A stretch of DNA of 64,000 nucleotides from Bacteroidales bacterium (GCA_025454755.1 JALONV010000003.1:3158-67157), one strand, 5' to 3'. Positions 35,886 to 45,248 are shown, counted from the first letter of the stretch. Numbers and translations: made by a program. The notes: generated by a model from the letters alone, not told the origin.

Positions 35886-36946
35886 TGGAAAAGGAATTAA
35901 GATTGATGAAGGGGAATGAAGCGGTTGCAGAAGCTGCAATCAGGACAGGCGCCGACGGTTATTTCGGCTATCCCATTACTCCCCAGAGCGAGATCCTGGA
36001 GTATCTCATGGAAGCCGATCCCTATCACACAACCGGGATGGTCGTACTTCAGGCTGAGAGCGAAGTTGCTGCCATCAATATGGTTTATGGCGGTGCAGCC
36101 TGCGGCAAGAAAGTAATGACAACATCATCCTCTCCGGGTATCAGTCTGAAACAGGAAGGGATCACATATATTGCTGGGGCCGAGTTGCCATGCCTGATCG
36201 TTAACGTTGTCAGAGGAGGACCCGGACTCGGGACCATCCAGCCTGCACAGTCGGACTATTTTCAGGCAACCAAAGGCGGAGGTCATGGTGATTATCACCT
36301 GATCGTTCTTGCTCCGGCATCGGTCCAGGAGATGGCCGATTTTGTCGAACTCGGCTTCGATCTCGCTTTCAAATACAGGAACCCTGTGATGATGCTCTCT
36401 GATGGTGCAATCGGACAAATGATGGAGAAGGTCTGGCTGAGTCCGCAAAAGGAGAGATCAAAAACAGTGCCCGCATGGGCAACCACAGGAAAACCCGCAA
36501 CGAGGGACAGGATTATAATAACTTCTCTCGACCTGGATCCTAACGGACAGGAGAGATTTAACCAGAAACTGGTAGCTAAATACAATGAGATCAGGGAAAA
36601 AGAGGTTCGCTATGAGGAGTTCCAGTGCGAGGATGCTGAGTATATTCTGGTTGCTTATGGTACCAGTGCAAGGGTATGCATGAAATCGATACAGCTGGCT
36701 CGTGCACAGGGTATTAAAGTTGGCCTGCTGCGGCCGATAACACTGTTCCCGTTCCCCACTAAACGGCTGAATGAACTAGCCGGAAAGGTAAAAATGATGG
36801 TGTCTGTGGAGATGAGCGCCGGACAGATGGTTGAGGATGTGATGCTCTCGGTAAACGGAAAGGTGCCTGTTTATCATTTCGGAAGAATGGGAGGTATTGT
36901 CACAGAACCTGAAGAGGTTGTCGATTTTTTGAAATCAAAAATATAG
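35885..36946 (+). CDS. vorB: 2-oxoacid:ferredoxin oxidoreductase alpha subunit (2-oxoisovalerate/VOR-type)
   Basis: KGNEAVAEAA, GYPITPQSE, QAESEVAA, SSSPGISL, RGGPGLG, EMSAGQM. Confidence 0.88.
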   Translation: MEKELRLMKGNEAVAEAAIRTGADGYFGYPITPQSEILEYLMEADPYHTTGMVVLQAESEVAAINMVYGGAACGKKVMTTSSSPGISLKQEGITYIAGAELPCLIVNVVRGGPGLGTIQPAQSDYFQATKGGGHGDYHLIVLAPASVQEMADFVELGFDLAFKYRNPVMMLSDGAIGQMMEKVWLSPQKERSKTVPAWATTGKPATRDRIIITSLDLDPNGQERFNQKLVAKYNEIREKEVRYEEFQCEDAEYILVAYGTSARVCMKSIQLARAQGIKVGLLRPITLFPFPTKRLNELAGKVKMMVSVEMSAGQMVEDVMLSVNGKVPVYHFGRMGGIVTEPEEVVDFLKSKI

Positions 36947-36956
36947 GAGACGAGAT

Positions 36957-37775
36957 ATGGCACAAGCTACGGGAATAAAAGAGATAATAAAACCTGAGAA
37001 CCTGGTTTACAGGAAGACAAAGGTTATGACTGACAATATCCTTTCGTATTGTCCTGGTTGCGGCCACGGAACCGCCCACCGAATCCTTGCTGAAATCATA
37101 GATGAAGAGGGACTGCAATCTGAAACCATCGGAATTTCGCCGGTAGGATGTTCTGTTCTGTTATACGAATTCATTGATATTGACTGGCAGGAAGCAGCAC
37201 ATGGGAGGGCTCCTGCCCTGGCTACGGCAATAAAGCGTCTTCTTCCTGACAAATTCGTATTTACATATCAGGGCGACGGTGACCTTGCCGCCATAGGCAC
37301 TGCTGAAACCATCCATACATGCAACAGGGGAGAGAACATTCTCATCATTTTCATAAATAACGGGATTTACGGGATGACCGGAGGACAAATGGCTCCGACA
37401 ACATTACCGGGGATGAAATCATCAACCTCACCATATGGCAGGGATGTGAAGCTGATGGGCAATCCGCTGAAGATGACAGATATAGTTGCCACACTTCCCG
37501 GTACATATTATGTGACCAGGCAGAGCGTTCATACTCCTGTCAATGTAAGAAAGACTAAGAAGGCGATAAGAAAAGCCGTTCATTATCAGAAGCTTAACAA
37601 GGGAACTTGTTTCATTGAGATTGTATCAAATTGTCCGTCGGGTTGGAAGATGACACCTGTTGAGGCCAATAAATGGATGGAAGCTAACATGTTTCCGTTC
37701 TATCCTCTGGGCGACCTGAAGGTACCGGCTGAAGAGAACGCACAAAAAACAACTAATTCTGAAAAAAATGACTGA
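36957..37775 (+). CDS. 2-oxoacid:ferredoxin oxidoreductase beta (TPP-binding) subunit
   Basis: YCPGCGHG, PVGCS, HGRA, QGDGD...NNGIYGMTGGQ. Confidence 0.9.
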   Translation: MAQATGIKEIIKPENLVYRKTKVMTDNILSYCPGCGHGTAHRILAEIIDEEGLQSETIGISPVGCSVLLYEFIDIDWQEAAHGRAPALATAIKRLLPDKFVFTYQGDGDLAAIGTAETIHTCNRGENILIIFINNGIYGMTGGQMAPTTLPGMKSSTSPYGRDVKLMGNPLKMTDIVATLPGTYYVTRQSVHTPVNVRKTKKAIRKAVHYQKLNKGTCFIEIVSNCPSGWKMTPVEANKWMEANMFPFYPLGDLKVPAEENAQKTTNSEKND

Positions 37776-38313
37776 AGAAATTATCATAGCCGGATTCGGA
37801 GGACAGGGAGTTCTGTCGATGGGCAAGATCATGGCATATTCGGGAGTGATGCAGGATATGGAAGTAAGCTGGATGCCGTCATACGGACCAGAAATGCGCG
37901 GGGGTACGGCAAATGTCACAGTAATTATCAGCAGTGAAAGGATAAGTTCTCCCATAATAAAACATTTCGATACAGGAATAATACTTAACCAGCAGTCGCT
38001 CGATAAATTCGAGGATTCCATCAAGCCGGGAGGTGTGCTCATCTACGACAGCAACGGGATCACACGGCACCCGGAGAGGAAGGATATAACTATTTACAGG
38101 GTAGATGCCGCAGAAGAAGCAGGTAAGATGAACAGCCCGAAGGTTTTCAACATGATCGTTCTCGGAGGCTTTCTTAAGGTGAAGCCTATAATCAGGATGG
38201 AGAATGTGGTTAAGGGATTGAAGAAATCGCTGCCTGAAAGGTATCATAATCTCATCCCGATGAACGAGACGGCTCTTCAGAGGGGAATGGAGATTATTGT
38301 GCCAGTCGCCTGA
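37768..38313 (+). CDS. 2-oxoacid:ferredoxin oxidoreductase gamma subunit
   Basis: AGFGGQGVL, SYGPEMRGG, NMIVLG. Confidence 0.9.
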   Translation: MTEEIIIAGFGGQGVLSMGKIMAYSGVMQDMEVSWMPSYGPEMRGGTANVTVIISSERISSPIIKHFDTGIILNQQSLDKFEDSIKPGGVLIYDSNGITRHPERKDITIYRVDAAEEAGKMNSPKVFNMIVLGGFLKVKPIIRMENVVKGLKKSLPERYHNLIPMNETALQRGMEIIVPVA

Positions 38314-38332
38314 CGCCGGTCGCCGGAGGCCT
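38301..38332. repeat. Short GCC-led heptamer array spanning two convergent stop codons
   Basis: GCCAGTC GCCTGAC GCCGGTC GCCGGAG GCCT. Reverse-orientation relative of the 25810 array. Confidence 0.6.
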
Positions 38333-38927
38333 ATTTCTCATAGAAATGCATCTCCACAATATACTTCCACACGGATAGAGGCAGGTAATATGACATATTC
38401 TTTCCATTCTTTATACCGCCCCTTATGAAAGTTCCTGAGATCTCCATCAGCGGGGCTTTAGCCCAGTGAATCTTTGCTTTTGTAAGTATCTGTTCTAGCG
38501 CGGGTGATTCAGGTCTCCTTGAATACGGCCGTGGATATACATATAAATGGTATTTTCCGATAAGCTCTTCGGCATTTTTCCATTTATGGAATGTATAAAG
38601 ATTATCTTCTCCCAGAACAAGGTTAAAAATATGCTGTGGATATTTCTCTTCAAGATACGCAAGGGTATTGATTGTGTAGGATGGTGAAGGCAGCTTGAAT
38701 TCTATATCCGTTGCTTTGAGCCGGTCATTGTCGCCGATGGCAAGCTGCGCCATGTAAAGACGCTGGTGATCTTCAAGAAGTGTCTCTTTTTTCTTCAGGG
38801 GATTATGGGGACTGACCACGAACCAGACCTGTTCAAGGGGAGTGAATTCAGTCATATAGCCGGCAATTGCCAGGTGTCCTAAGTGGATCGGGTTGAAGGA
38901 TCCGAAGTATAAACCGATTTTAGCCAT
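38331..38927 (-). CDS. nadD: Nicotinate-nucleotide adenylyltransferase
   Basis: GSFNPIHLGH, SPHNPLK, SYTINTL, GEDN, EISGTFIR. Confidence 0.95.
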   Translation of the reverse strand: MAKIGLYFGSFNPIHLGHLAIAGYMTEFTPLEQVWFVVSPHNPLKKKETLLEDHQRLYMAQLAIGDNDRLKATDIEFKLPSPSYTINTLAYLEEKYPQHIFNLVLGEDNLYTFHKWKNAEELIGKYHLYVYPRPYSRRPESPALEQILTKAKIHWAKAPLMEISGTFIRGGIKNGKNMSYYLPLSVWKYIVEMHFYEK

Positions 38928-38942
38928 TTTTTTTTATTTGAG

Positions 38943-39020
38943 ACCCTCCTTCCCGTTCCCCCCAGGGGGGGAAGGCTTCATTGTGCTCCTTCCCCCTTGG
39001 GGGAAGGCAGGGTAGGGGGT
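38943..39020. repeat. REP-like double hairpin (TTCCCCC..GGGGGAAGG family)
   Basis: TTCCCCCCAGGGGGGGAA and CCTTCCCCCTTGGGGGAAGG inside outer ACCCTCC...AGGGGGT arms. Confidence 0.85.
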
Positions 39021-39021
39021 T

Positions 39022-39588
39022 TTAATTATTAATAAAACTAAATACTATATTATATACATCATTTTCAGCCTGTTCTAGTCTGTCGTTCACCACTATATTA
39101 TCAAACTGATCTGCCAGCTTCATTTCTTCGGTTGCCTTGGCAACTCTCATATTGATTTTCTCCGGGCTGTCAGTCCCCCTGCGCTGTAATCTCTTTTCAA
39201 GTTCTCCGGTTGAAGGGGGCATTATAAAAATTGAAATTGCATCATGTCTGAAGATATCCTTCAGGTTAATTCCTCCCTTCACATCTACATCGAAAAGAAC
39301 ATGATTGCCATGTGACCAGATGCGGTCGATCTCGCTTTTAAGAGTACCATACAACTGATCTTTGTACACCTCTTCCCACTCAATAAAGGCGCCTTCACCA
39401 ACTCTTTTCCTGAAATCGCCGACACTCATGAAATAGTATTCGCTACCGTTTTTCTCCCTGCCTCTCGGAGCCCTGGTTGTGGCTGAAATTGAGAATTCAA
39501 GGTTTATCCCGCTTTGGAGAAGATGTCTTATTATTGTCGACTTGCCCGCTCCCGACGGAGCTGATATTATGACGAGTTTACCTTTCAT
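39022..39588 (-). CDS. gmk: Guanylate kinase
   Basis: SAPSGAGKST, SATTRAPR, YGT, DVDVKG, IFIMPPS. Confidence 0.95.
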   Translation of the reverse strand: MKGKLVIISAPSGAGKSTIIRHLLQSGINLEFSISATTRAPRGREKNGSEYYFMSVGDFRKRVGEGAFIEWEEVYKDQLYGTLKSEIDRIWSHGNHVLFDVDVKGGINLKDIFRHDAISIFIMPPSTGELEKRLQRRGTDSPEKINMRVAKATEEMKLADQFDNIVVNDRLEQAENDVYNIVFSFINN

Positions 39589-39672
39589 TGATTTTCTTCG
39601 TTTGCCCCGGCCCTAAAGAGTGCGAAGAAAATCAATTACTCCCTTTAGGGAAGGGGCAAATAATTGATTTTC
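39587..39672. repeat. Composite palindromic element with interleaved inverted repeats
   Basis: TTTGCCCCGGCCCTAAAG...CTTTAGGGAAGGGGCAAA, plus ATTGATTTTCTTCG / CGAAGAAAATCAATTA / TAATTGATTTTC. Confidence 0.8.
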
Positions 39673-39691
39673 GAGCACACTTATATTCATT

Positions 39692-40567
39692 CTATAAAAC
39701 GTTAAGTGATTGTTCCTTGATCTTTTCCAGTTCATCCTTCATCATAACCACCAGTTTTTGGATAGATGCGTCATTGGCTTTTGATCCGATAGTGTTTACC
39801 TCACGGCCTATTTCCTGTGAAATGAAATTCAGGATCTTGCCGTTAGGAGGTAGTGATGCTATTTTTTCAAGGAAATATTCACAGTGTTTTTTCAGTCTTA
39901 CTTTCTCCTCGTTGATATCGAGCTTTTCAAGGTAGAATATGAGCTCCTGTTCGAACCTGTTCTTGTCGATGTTTTCAGTCCCGACATTTTCAGCCAGCGA
40001 AGCATTAAGTCTCTCTCTTATCTTTTTTATCCTGTCGCCTTCAAATTCCTCGATACCCTGAAGAAGGGTAAGTATTTTCCCGATTGCTCTTATCAGGTCG
40101 GCTTCAAGTGATTTTCCCTCTTCGATCCTGTAACCGTCGAGCTGATCGATAGCCTCATTAAGTTTTTCCCTGACCCTTATCCACTCTTCCTCTTCTAGTT
40201 CAGGTTTTTCTGTTTTAAGGGCATCAGGCAGTCTCATTATTGTTGAAAGAAGCTGGTCGTCGGCATTTATATTCAGCTCACCGGCGATCTCCTTAAGCTG
40301 GCTAAAATAATTTTTTACCACACTCTTGTTGATCACGGGAACGATCTCGCTGTCGAACACATCGAAATTGATTGTAAGGTCGATCTTTCCGCGGTCGAGT
40401 TTCTGGCTTATAAGATTTCTCATCTCTGATTCCTTCTCCTTGTAGAGCCATGGAAGCCTGGCATTCAGGTCAAGTGATTTCGAGTTAAGCGATTTTATCT
40501 CGATGGATATTTTTTTCTGAGGTATTTCGGCAACTGACTTGCCATAGCCTGTCATGGATTTTATCAT
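39692..40567 (-). CDS. yicC: YicC/YloC family endoribonuclease
   Basis: MIKSMTGYG, EIKSLN, RGK, DINEEKVRL, QEIGREVNTIGSK, EKIKEQ. Canonical position upstream of gmk. Confidence 0.92.
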   Translation of the reverse strand: MIKSMTGYGKSVAEIPQKKISIEIKSLNSKSLDLNARLPWLYKEKESEMRNLISQKLDRGKIDLTINFDVFDSEIVPVINKSVVKNYFSQLKEIAGELNINADDQLLSTIMRLPDALKTEKPELEEEEWIRVREKLNEAIDQLDGYRIEEGKSLEADLIRAIGKILTLLQGIEEFEGDRIKKIRERLNASLAENVGTENIDKNRFEQELIFYLEKLDINEEKVRLKKHCEYFLEKIASLPPNGKILNFISQEIGREVNTIGSKANDASIQKLVVMMKDELEKIKEQSLNVL

Positions 40568-40644
40568 CTCCTGATGGATTGAAAATATGCTGAAAGTTAT
40601 ATATTCTAGGTATATTTCACAACAGCAGGGTAGTTAACCTGTTT

Positions 40645-42021
40645 TCAGATCCTCTCCATCTCCACCGTAAAATGCCTCAGTATCGGCGCTTCGCTGACGA
40701 TTCTCAGACCTTTTTTTATTGAGTCTTTGCGGTCGAAGACATTTTTTACCACTGCAGCCACATAATCCATGTGATTGTCGGTATATACTCTTCTGGGAAT
40801 TGCCAATCTGACCAGTTCCTTGCCTGAAAACCTGTTCTCACGTGTGACAGGATCACGGTCGGCCATCAATGTTCCGATTTCGGTACCCCTGATGCCTCCT
40901 TCAATATAAATCTCCACGCAAAGCGCCTGCGCAGGGAACTCCTCATCAGGTATTTGTGGAAGGAATCGCTTAGCGTCGATGAATATTGCATGTCCCCCGA
41001 ATGGCTCCAGCACAGGGATCCCATACTCTTTCATCTTTGATCCAAGGTAATCTGTCTGGCCAATCCGTGAGCTGAGAAACTCATAGTCGGTGCCTTCATA
41101 AAGCCCCTGTGCCAGCGCGTTCATATCGCGACCCGACATGCCCCCGTAGGTTATGAAGCCCTCATAAATAATATTATACGTAGAAGCGTTACGAAATGTT
41201 TCATCATCCCTGAAGCCGATAAACCCTCCCATATTCACAATAGCATCTTTTTTAGCGCTCATTGTCATGCCGTCGGCATAAGAGAACATTTCAAGGGCAA
41301 TCTCCCTTATTGTTTTATCAGCATATCCTTCCTCCCTGGTTTTTATGAACCAGGCATTTTCAGCAAACCGGGCGGAATCGAGAAAGAACTTAACTCCATA
41401 TTTATCGGCAAGACCTCGTATCCCTCTAAGATTTGCCATGCTCACCGGCTGTCCGCCCGCAGTATTGTTGGTAATTGTGACTATTATGCAAGCAATCTTC
41501 TCACGGGGATTTTTTTTGAGCACATCTTCGAGCTTGTCGAGATCCACATTTCCCTTGAACGGATCCCATTTTGTAAAGTCAGAGGCAATATCAACCGTGC
41601 AATCAACCGGGATAGCTTTCCTGAATTCAATATGTCCCTTTGTTGTATCGAAATGGGAGTTGCCCGGCACAAGGTCACCCTCCCTGACAAGTACCGAAAA
41701 CAATACATTCTCGGCGGCTCTGCCCTGGTGTGTCGGCAGGAAATATTTGAATCCCGTGATTTCCGCAACTGCATTTTTCAGATTATAATATGAGGATGCA
41801 CCTGCATAGCTCTCATCGCCGAGCATGAGCACCGACCATTGCCTGTCGCTCATTGCACCTGTTCCGGAATCAGTGAGAAGATCAATTGTAACCTGTTCCG
41901 ACTTCAGATTGAACATGTTGAAACGGGCATCGCTTATCCATTTCTCTCTCTGGTCTCTTGTGCTTGTATACACAGGTTCGACCATTTTGATCTTATAAGG
42001 TTCTATGAAAGGGAGTTCCAT
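40645..42021 (-). CDS. tnaA: Tryptophanase (beta-eliminating lyase)
   Basis: EPYKIKMVE, IDLLTDSGT, GDESYAG, HQGRAAE. PLP lysine in SAKKD and C-terminal LRHFT match tryptophanase; tyrosine phenol-lyase typically has SGKKD and LRFFT. Confidence 0.82.
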   Translation of the reverse strand: MELPFIEPYKIKMVEPVYTSTRDQREKWISDARFNMFNLKSEQVTIDLLTDSGTGAMSDRQWSVLMLGDESYAGASSYYNLKNAVAEITGFKYFLPTHQGRAAENVLFSVLVREGDLVPGNSHFDTTKGHIEFRKAIPVDCTVDIASDFTKWDPFKGNVDLDKLEDVLKKNPREKIACIIVTITNNTAGGQPVSMANLRGIRGLADKYGVKFFLDSARFAENAWFIKTREEGYADKTIREIALEMFSYADGMTMSAKKDAIVNMGGFIGFRDDETFRNASTYNIIYEGFITYGGMSGRDMNALAQGLYEGTDYEFLSSRIGQTDYLGSKMKEYGIPVLEPFGGHAIFIDAKRFLPQIPDEEFPAQALCVEIYIEGGIRGTEIGTLMADRDPVTRENRFSGKELVRLAIPRRVYTDNHMDYVAAVVKNVFDRKDSIKKGLRIVSEAPILRHFTVEMERI

Positions 42022-42060
42022 TTTCTAAATGTATTATTATATCAGTATTTTTTTTGGATC

Positions 42061-42102
42061 TCTCCCCCTCTTTGCTTCAGCAGAGAGGGGGCGGGGGGTG
42101 AG
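42061..42102. repeat. REP-like hairpin CCCCCTCT...AGAGGGGG with G-rich tail
   Basis: TCTCCCCCTCTTTGCTTCAGCAGAGAGGGGGCGGGGGGTGAG read directly. Confidence 0.75.
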
Positions 42103-42119
42103 TACGTGAAAAGCTTTTT

Positions 42120-42160
42120 AACCGCAAAGTGCGCAAAGGGTGTCCGCAAAGGACGCAAAG
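42120..42160. repeat. Direct repeat array, 4 x CGCAAAG
   Basis: AACCGCAAAG TG CGCAAAG GGTGTC CGCAAAG GA CGCAAAG. Confidence 0.85.
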
Positions 42161-42175
42161 AACTGTGACCTGAGG

Positions 42176-42259
42176 TCAACAGAATCCGAAGAAATCGCGG
42201 TTTTTGATATTCCTGTATATGTTGACAGGCCAGTTTTCCGTTATCGGAACGGTGAACAT
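42176..42259 (-). CDS. Candidate 27-aa leader peptide upstream of tryptophanase
   Basis: MFTVPITENWPVNIYRNIKNRDFFGFC*. A-rich start context, single Trp, same strand as tnaA and about 155 nt upstream of it. Confidence 0.35.
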   Translation of the reverse strand: MFTVPITENWPVNIYRNIKNRDFFGFC

Positions 42260-42343
42260 TCTTTTCGGCTTTTTATTTTGCGTAAAATTAATAGTATTTT
42301 GCGACAAATTCAATAAGTAAACTTATTAGAAAAACAGGTAATA

Positions 42344-44044
42344 ATGTCCATAATATTTAAACGGTTATTTTCCGTTCTGTTGTTTGCAGGTTTTTGTATA
42401 TCAGGATCTTCCCAGGATAACAAAAACACAGGCGGTCTGCCGGGACCAATACTTGACACTCTTAAAAAGGGCGGATACGTTTTCAGTGAACCGCAGAAAT
42501 CCGATTCAATTGGTCTTGACAATAATCAGGCAATTGAGTTCCTGAAACGTAGATTGAGACCTCAATACTGGAAGGATCCGGCTGATCCCTTAAGAATAGC
42601 TATTGGTCAGCTTATATTTGAGGTTTCACATAATCCATATGATTCCGCTGAAGTCTTCCTCAGGAAGTATCCATTCGATTCGCTTAATGTGGGCTGGGAT
42701 AAATTCTATATCTGGGAGCCGCTGAACCTTACATTGCCTGAAAGCGGGAAAGATACCTCTATCCTGATAGTCATTGATACTCTCAAAGAAGTTACTTCGG
42801 ATTATCCGGGTTTTCCATATACATACTACGAATATCCCTACCAGAGTGATTCGGTCAGGACTTCGGTGAATCTTCTTATGAATTATCTGGAGGCACGTGA
42901 TTCAAGTATCGTTTATTTTACAGGAATTGGTAATGAGATAACTCCCATATGGCTTAATTCAAAGTCGGATATGATGAAGAGATACTGGCTCAAAACCGAT
43001 CTGTATGATTCCGTGACAGTCTGGATTGGCTCTCAGTCGAAAAACACAATCGCACTCTATCTTGAAAATGGAATAAGTTTTATCAGGCCGGCCAAGCAAC
43101 AGCTTTACACTAATGCAAAAGTTGATGTTCAGGAGATCGACAGGTCTAAATTGCAGGAAATAAAGAAGATAACGATAAAACCACAATACTGGAAGTATCG
43201 TTCGGAAGCTTCTTTTGCACTTAACCAGGCATCTCTGACCAACTGGGTCAAGGGAGGAGAGAGCAGTGTTTCGACATCACTTGACATAACAGGCTTTGCA
43301 GACTATAGCAACAAGCAACTAAAGATCACTTCAAATAATTTCGCAAGGCTTAAATATGGGCTTATCTGGAGCGACGAGAATGGCATCAGGAAAAACCTCG
43401 ACCTGCTTGAAACAAATTCCAAACTAAACCACAAAGCCTTCGGAAAGTTTGACTTCAGTGCTATCCTTCTTTTCAAAACACAGATTGCTAAGGGATTTAC
43501 ATATCCGACAGATACAACAAGAACACTTGTGTCTAAATTCATGAACCCGGGAATTCTGACTGTGGGATTGGGGCTTGACTACAAACCAGACAAATTCACT
43601 TCTATAAACTTCTCACCTCTCTCATACAAGGGAACCTTTGTGACTGACACAACCGGAATCAAGGGGAAAAATGCAATCGACCAGACAAAATATGGCGTGC
43701 CGGCAGATAAACGGGCAAAGAATGAACCCGGAGCAAGCTTCATGATAACCCATGAGTTTAAACCTATAAAAAAACTTGCAATCACCAACAGGCTTCAGCT
43801 CTTTACCAATTATATCAATAATCCGCAGAATATTGACATCGACTGGGAGATGATCGCTACTGCAAACCTGAACTGGTTTACGGATGTAAGGCTTAACACT
43901 CACCTGATCTTTGATGATGATACAAAATCCCTTCTTTATGACAAGGATAAAAATCCTGTTATGGGACCCGATGGCAAGCAGAAGAAAACAGCCAGGATCC
44001 AGTTCAAGGAATTACTGGGATTCTCGTTTATTTTCAGATTTTAG
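42344..44044 (+). CDS. DUF3078-like outer-membrane protein with N-terminal extension
   Basis: Signal peptide, NQASLTNWVKGG, FKTQIAKG, DIDWE, amphipathic C-terminus ending in F. Confidence 0.75.
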   Translation: MSIIFKRLFSVLLFAGFCISGSSQDNKNTGGLPGPILDTLKKGGYVFSEPQKSDSIGLDNNQAIEFLKRRLRPQYWKDPADPLRIAIGQLIFEVSHNPYDSAEVFLRKYPFDSLNVGWDKFYIWEPLNLTLPESGKDTSILIVIDTLKEVTSDYPGFPYTYYEYPYQSDSVRTSVNLLMNYLEARDSSIVYFTGIGNEITPIWLNSKSDMMKRYWLKTDLYDSVTVWIGSQSKNTIALYLENGISFIRPAKQQLYTNAKVDVQEIDRSKLQEIKKITIKPQYWKYRSEASFALNQASLTNWVKGGESSVSTSLDITGFADYSNKQLKITSNNFARLKYGLIWSDENGIRKNLDLLETNSKLNHKAFGKFDFSAILLFKTQIAKGFTYPTDTTRTLVSKFMNPGILTVGLGLDYKPDKFTSINFSPLSYKGTFVTDTTGIKGKNAIDQTKYGVPADKRAKNEPGASFMITHEFKPIKKLAITNRLQLFTNYINNPQNIDIDWEMIATANLNWFTDVRLNTHLIFDDDTKSLLYDKDKNPVMGPDGKQKKTARIQFKELLGFSFIFRF

Positions 44045-44051
44045 TGGCAGC

Positions 44052-45173
44052 TTAAAGCGCTTTCTGGTAAATGCGGAATTTCTTGGCAATCTTTCCGCCG
44101 ACTCTTTCGTACTCGGCCCTCATCCTGGAATTGTTTTCAAGAACCAGGTGACTATCAATTACTTCCATCCTGTGCTTGATAGCTGATTCAAGAATCTTTA
44201 CACCCATAAGAACATCGATACCTTTTCCCCGGTATTCTTTCCTGACTCCGCCGAGCATCATCATAAGCTTCTTTGACCTCTTTGATTCTTGCAGGACCTT
44301 AAATATGCCAAATGGAAGAAGCCTGCCATTGCATGCTTTAATGCCCTTGCTCATGTCCGGCATACTGATGGCAAATCCTATCAGTTTGTTGTCGGCTTCT
44401 GCTACTTTTATGAATTTTGGATCAAGGATCGGTAAATACCGGTTTGCAAATTCGACTTTTTCCTTATCGTTGAGAGGAACAAATCCATAGATCTCCATAA
44501 AGGTGTCATTCATAAGTTCGAGGACAGGTATAATATATGGTTTGAGCTCTTTCTTTTTTGTAAACTCAATTAACCTGTAACTTTCTGTTTTTTCAACTCT
44601 TGAAAGCACTTTCTGGTAGATGAGCGGCAGCTCATCAGGCATTTTTATAAGATAATCAATAAGATCGATCTTTTTTTCATAACCTTCACCCACTATAAGG
44701 TCGACCATATATGGAGAGTTGTTGGCGATGGTTATAAGCTGAGGATATTCAAATCCTTCGATCTGGAATCCCTGAGGATCTTTGTCAGAAAAACCAAGCG
44801 GACCTACTATCATCGACATTCCCTTTTTCCTTGCCCAATCTTCAGCGCTGGCAATAAGTGCATGGAAAACTTCTTTATCGTTATAGCATTCCATAAAGCA
44901 AAATCGGCCATGGTTTTCCTTGTGGATCTCATTGTATCTGTTATTGACCAATGCCATTATCCTTCCAACCGATGTGTTCCCCTTATAGGCTAAAAGAAGT
45001 ATGGCATCTGCATATTTATAGGATTTATTCTTCTTTTTATTGAACAGAAGCCTTTCATCCATATAAATGGGAGGGAGCCAGTTGGGTTCATCCTTATGTA
45101 CTTTCTCGGGAAGGTAAATGAAATCGTGAAGCTGTTTTGAGGTGACCACCTCTTTTATTATTACATCTTCCAT
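44052..45173 (-). CDS. GNAT-fold hypothetical protein (YghO-like)
   Basis: FIYLPEKVH..PNWLPP, VGRIMA, GRFCFME, GVRKEYRGKG, VLENN, FRIYQK. Confidence 0.65.
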   Translation of the reverse strand: MEDVIIKEVVTSKQLHDFIYLPEKVHKDEPNWLPPIYMDERLLFNKKKNKSYKYADAILLLAYKGNTSVGRIMALVNNRYNEIHKENHGRFCFMECYNDKEVFHALIASAEDWARKKGMSMIVGPLGFSDKDPQGFQIEGFEYPQLITIANNSPYMVDLIVGEGYEKKIDLIDYLIKMPDELPLIYQKVLSRVEKTESYRLIEFTKKKELKPYIIPVLELMNDTFMEIYGFVPLNDKEKVEFANRYLPILDPKFIKVAEADNKLIGFAISMPDMSKGIKACNGRLLPFGIFKVLQESKRSKKLMMMLGGVRKEYRGKGIDVLMGVKILESAIKHRMEVIDSHLVLENNSRMRAEYERVGGKIAKKFRIYQKAL

Positions 45174-45248
45174 GTTAAGTTTTTTACTGCACCAAGTAAC
45201 AAAAAAAAACGGTATGGATGTCAGTTGATGATCATTATTAACCTTTCA

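Noticed and set aside
40645-42021. Tyrosine phenol-lyase assignment
   Set aside because: SAKKD and LRHFT favour tryptophanase, although dual specificity cannot be excluded from sequence alone.
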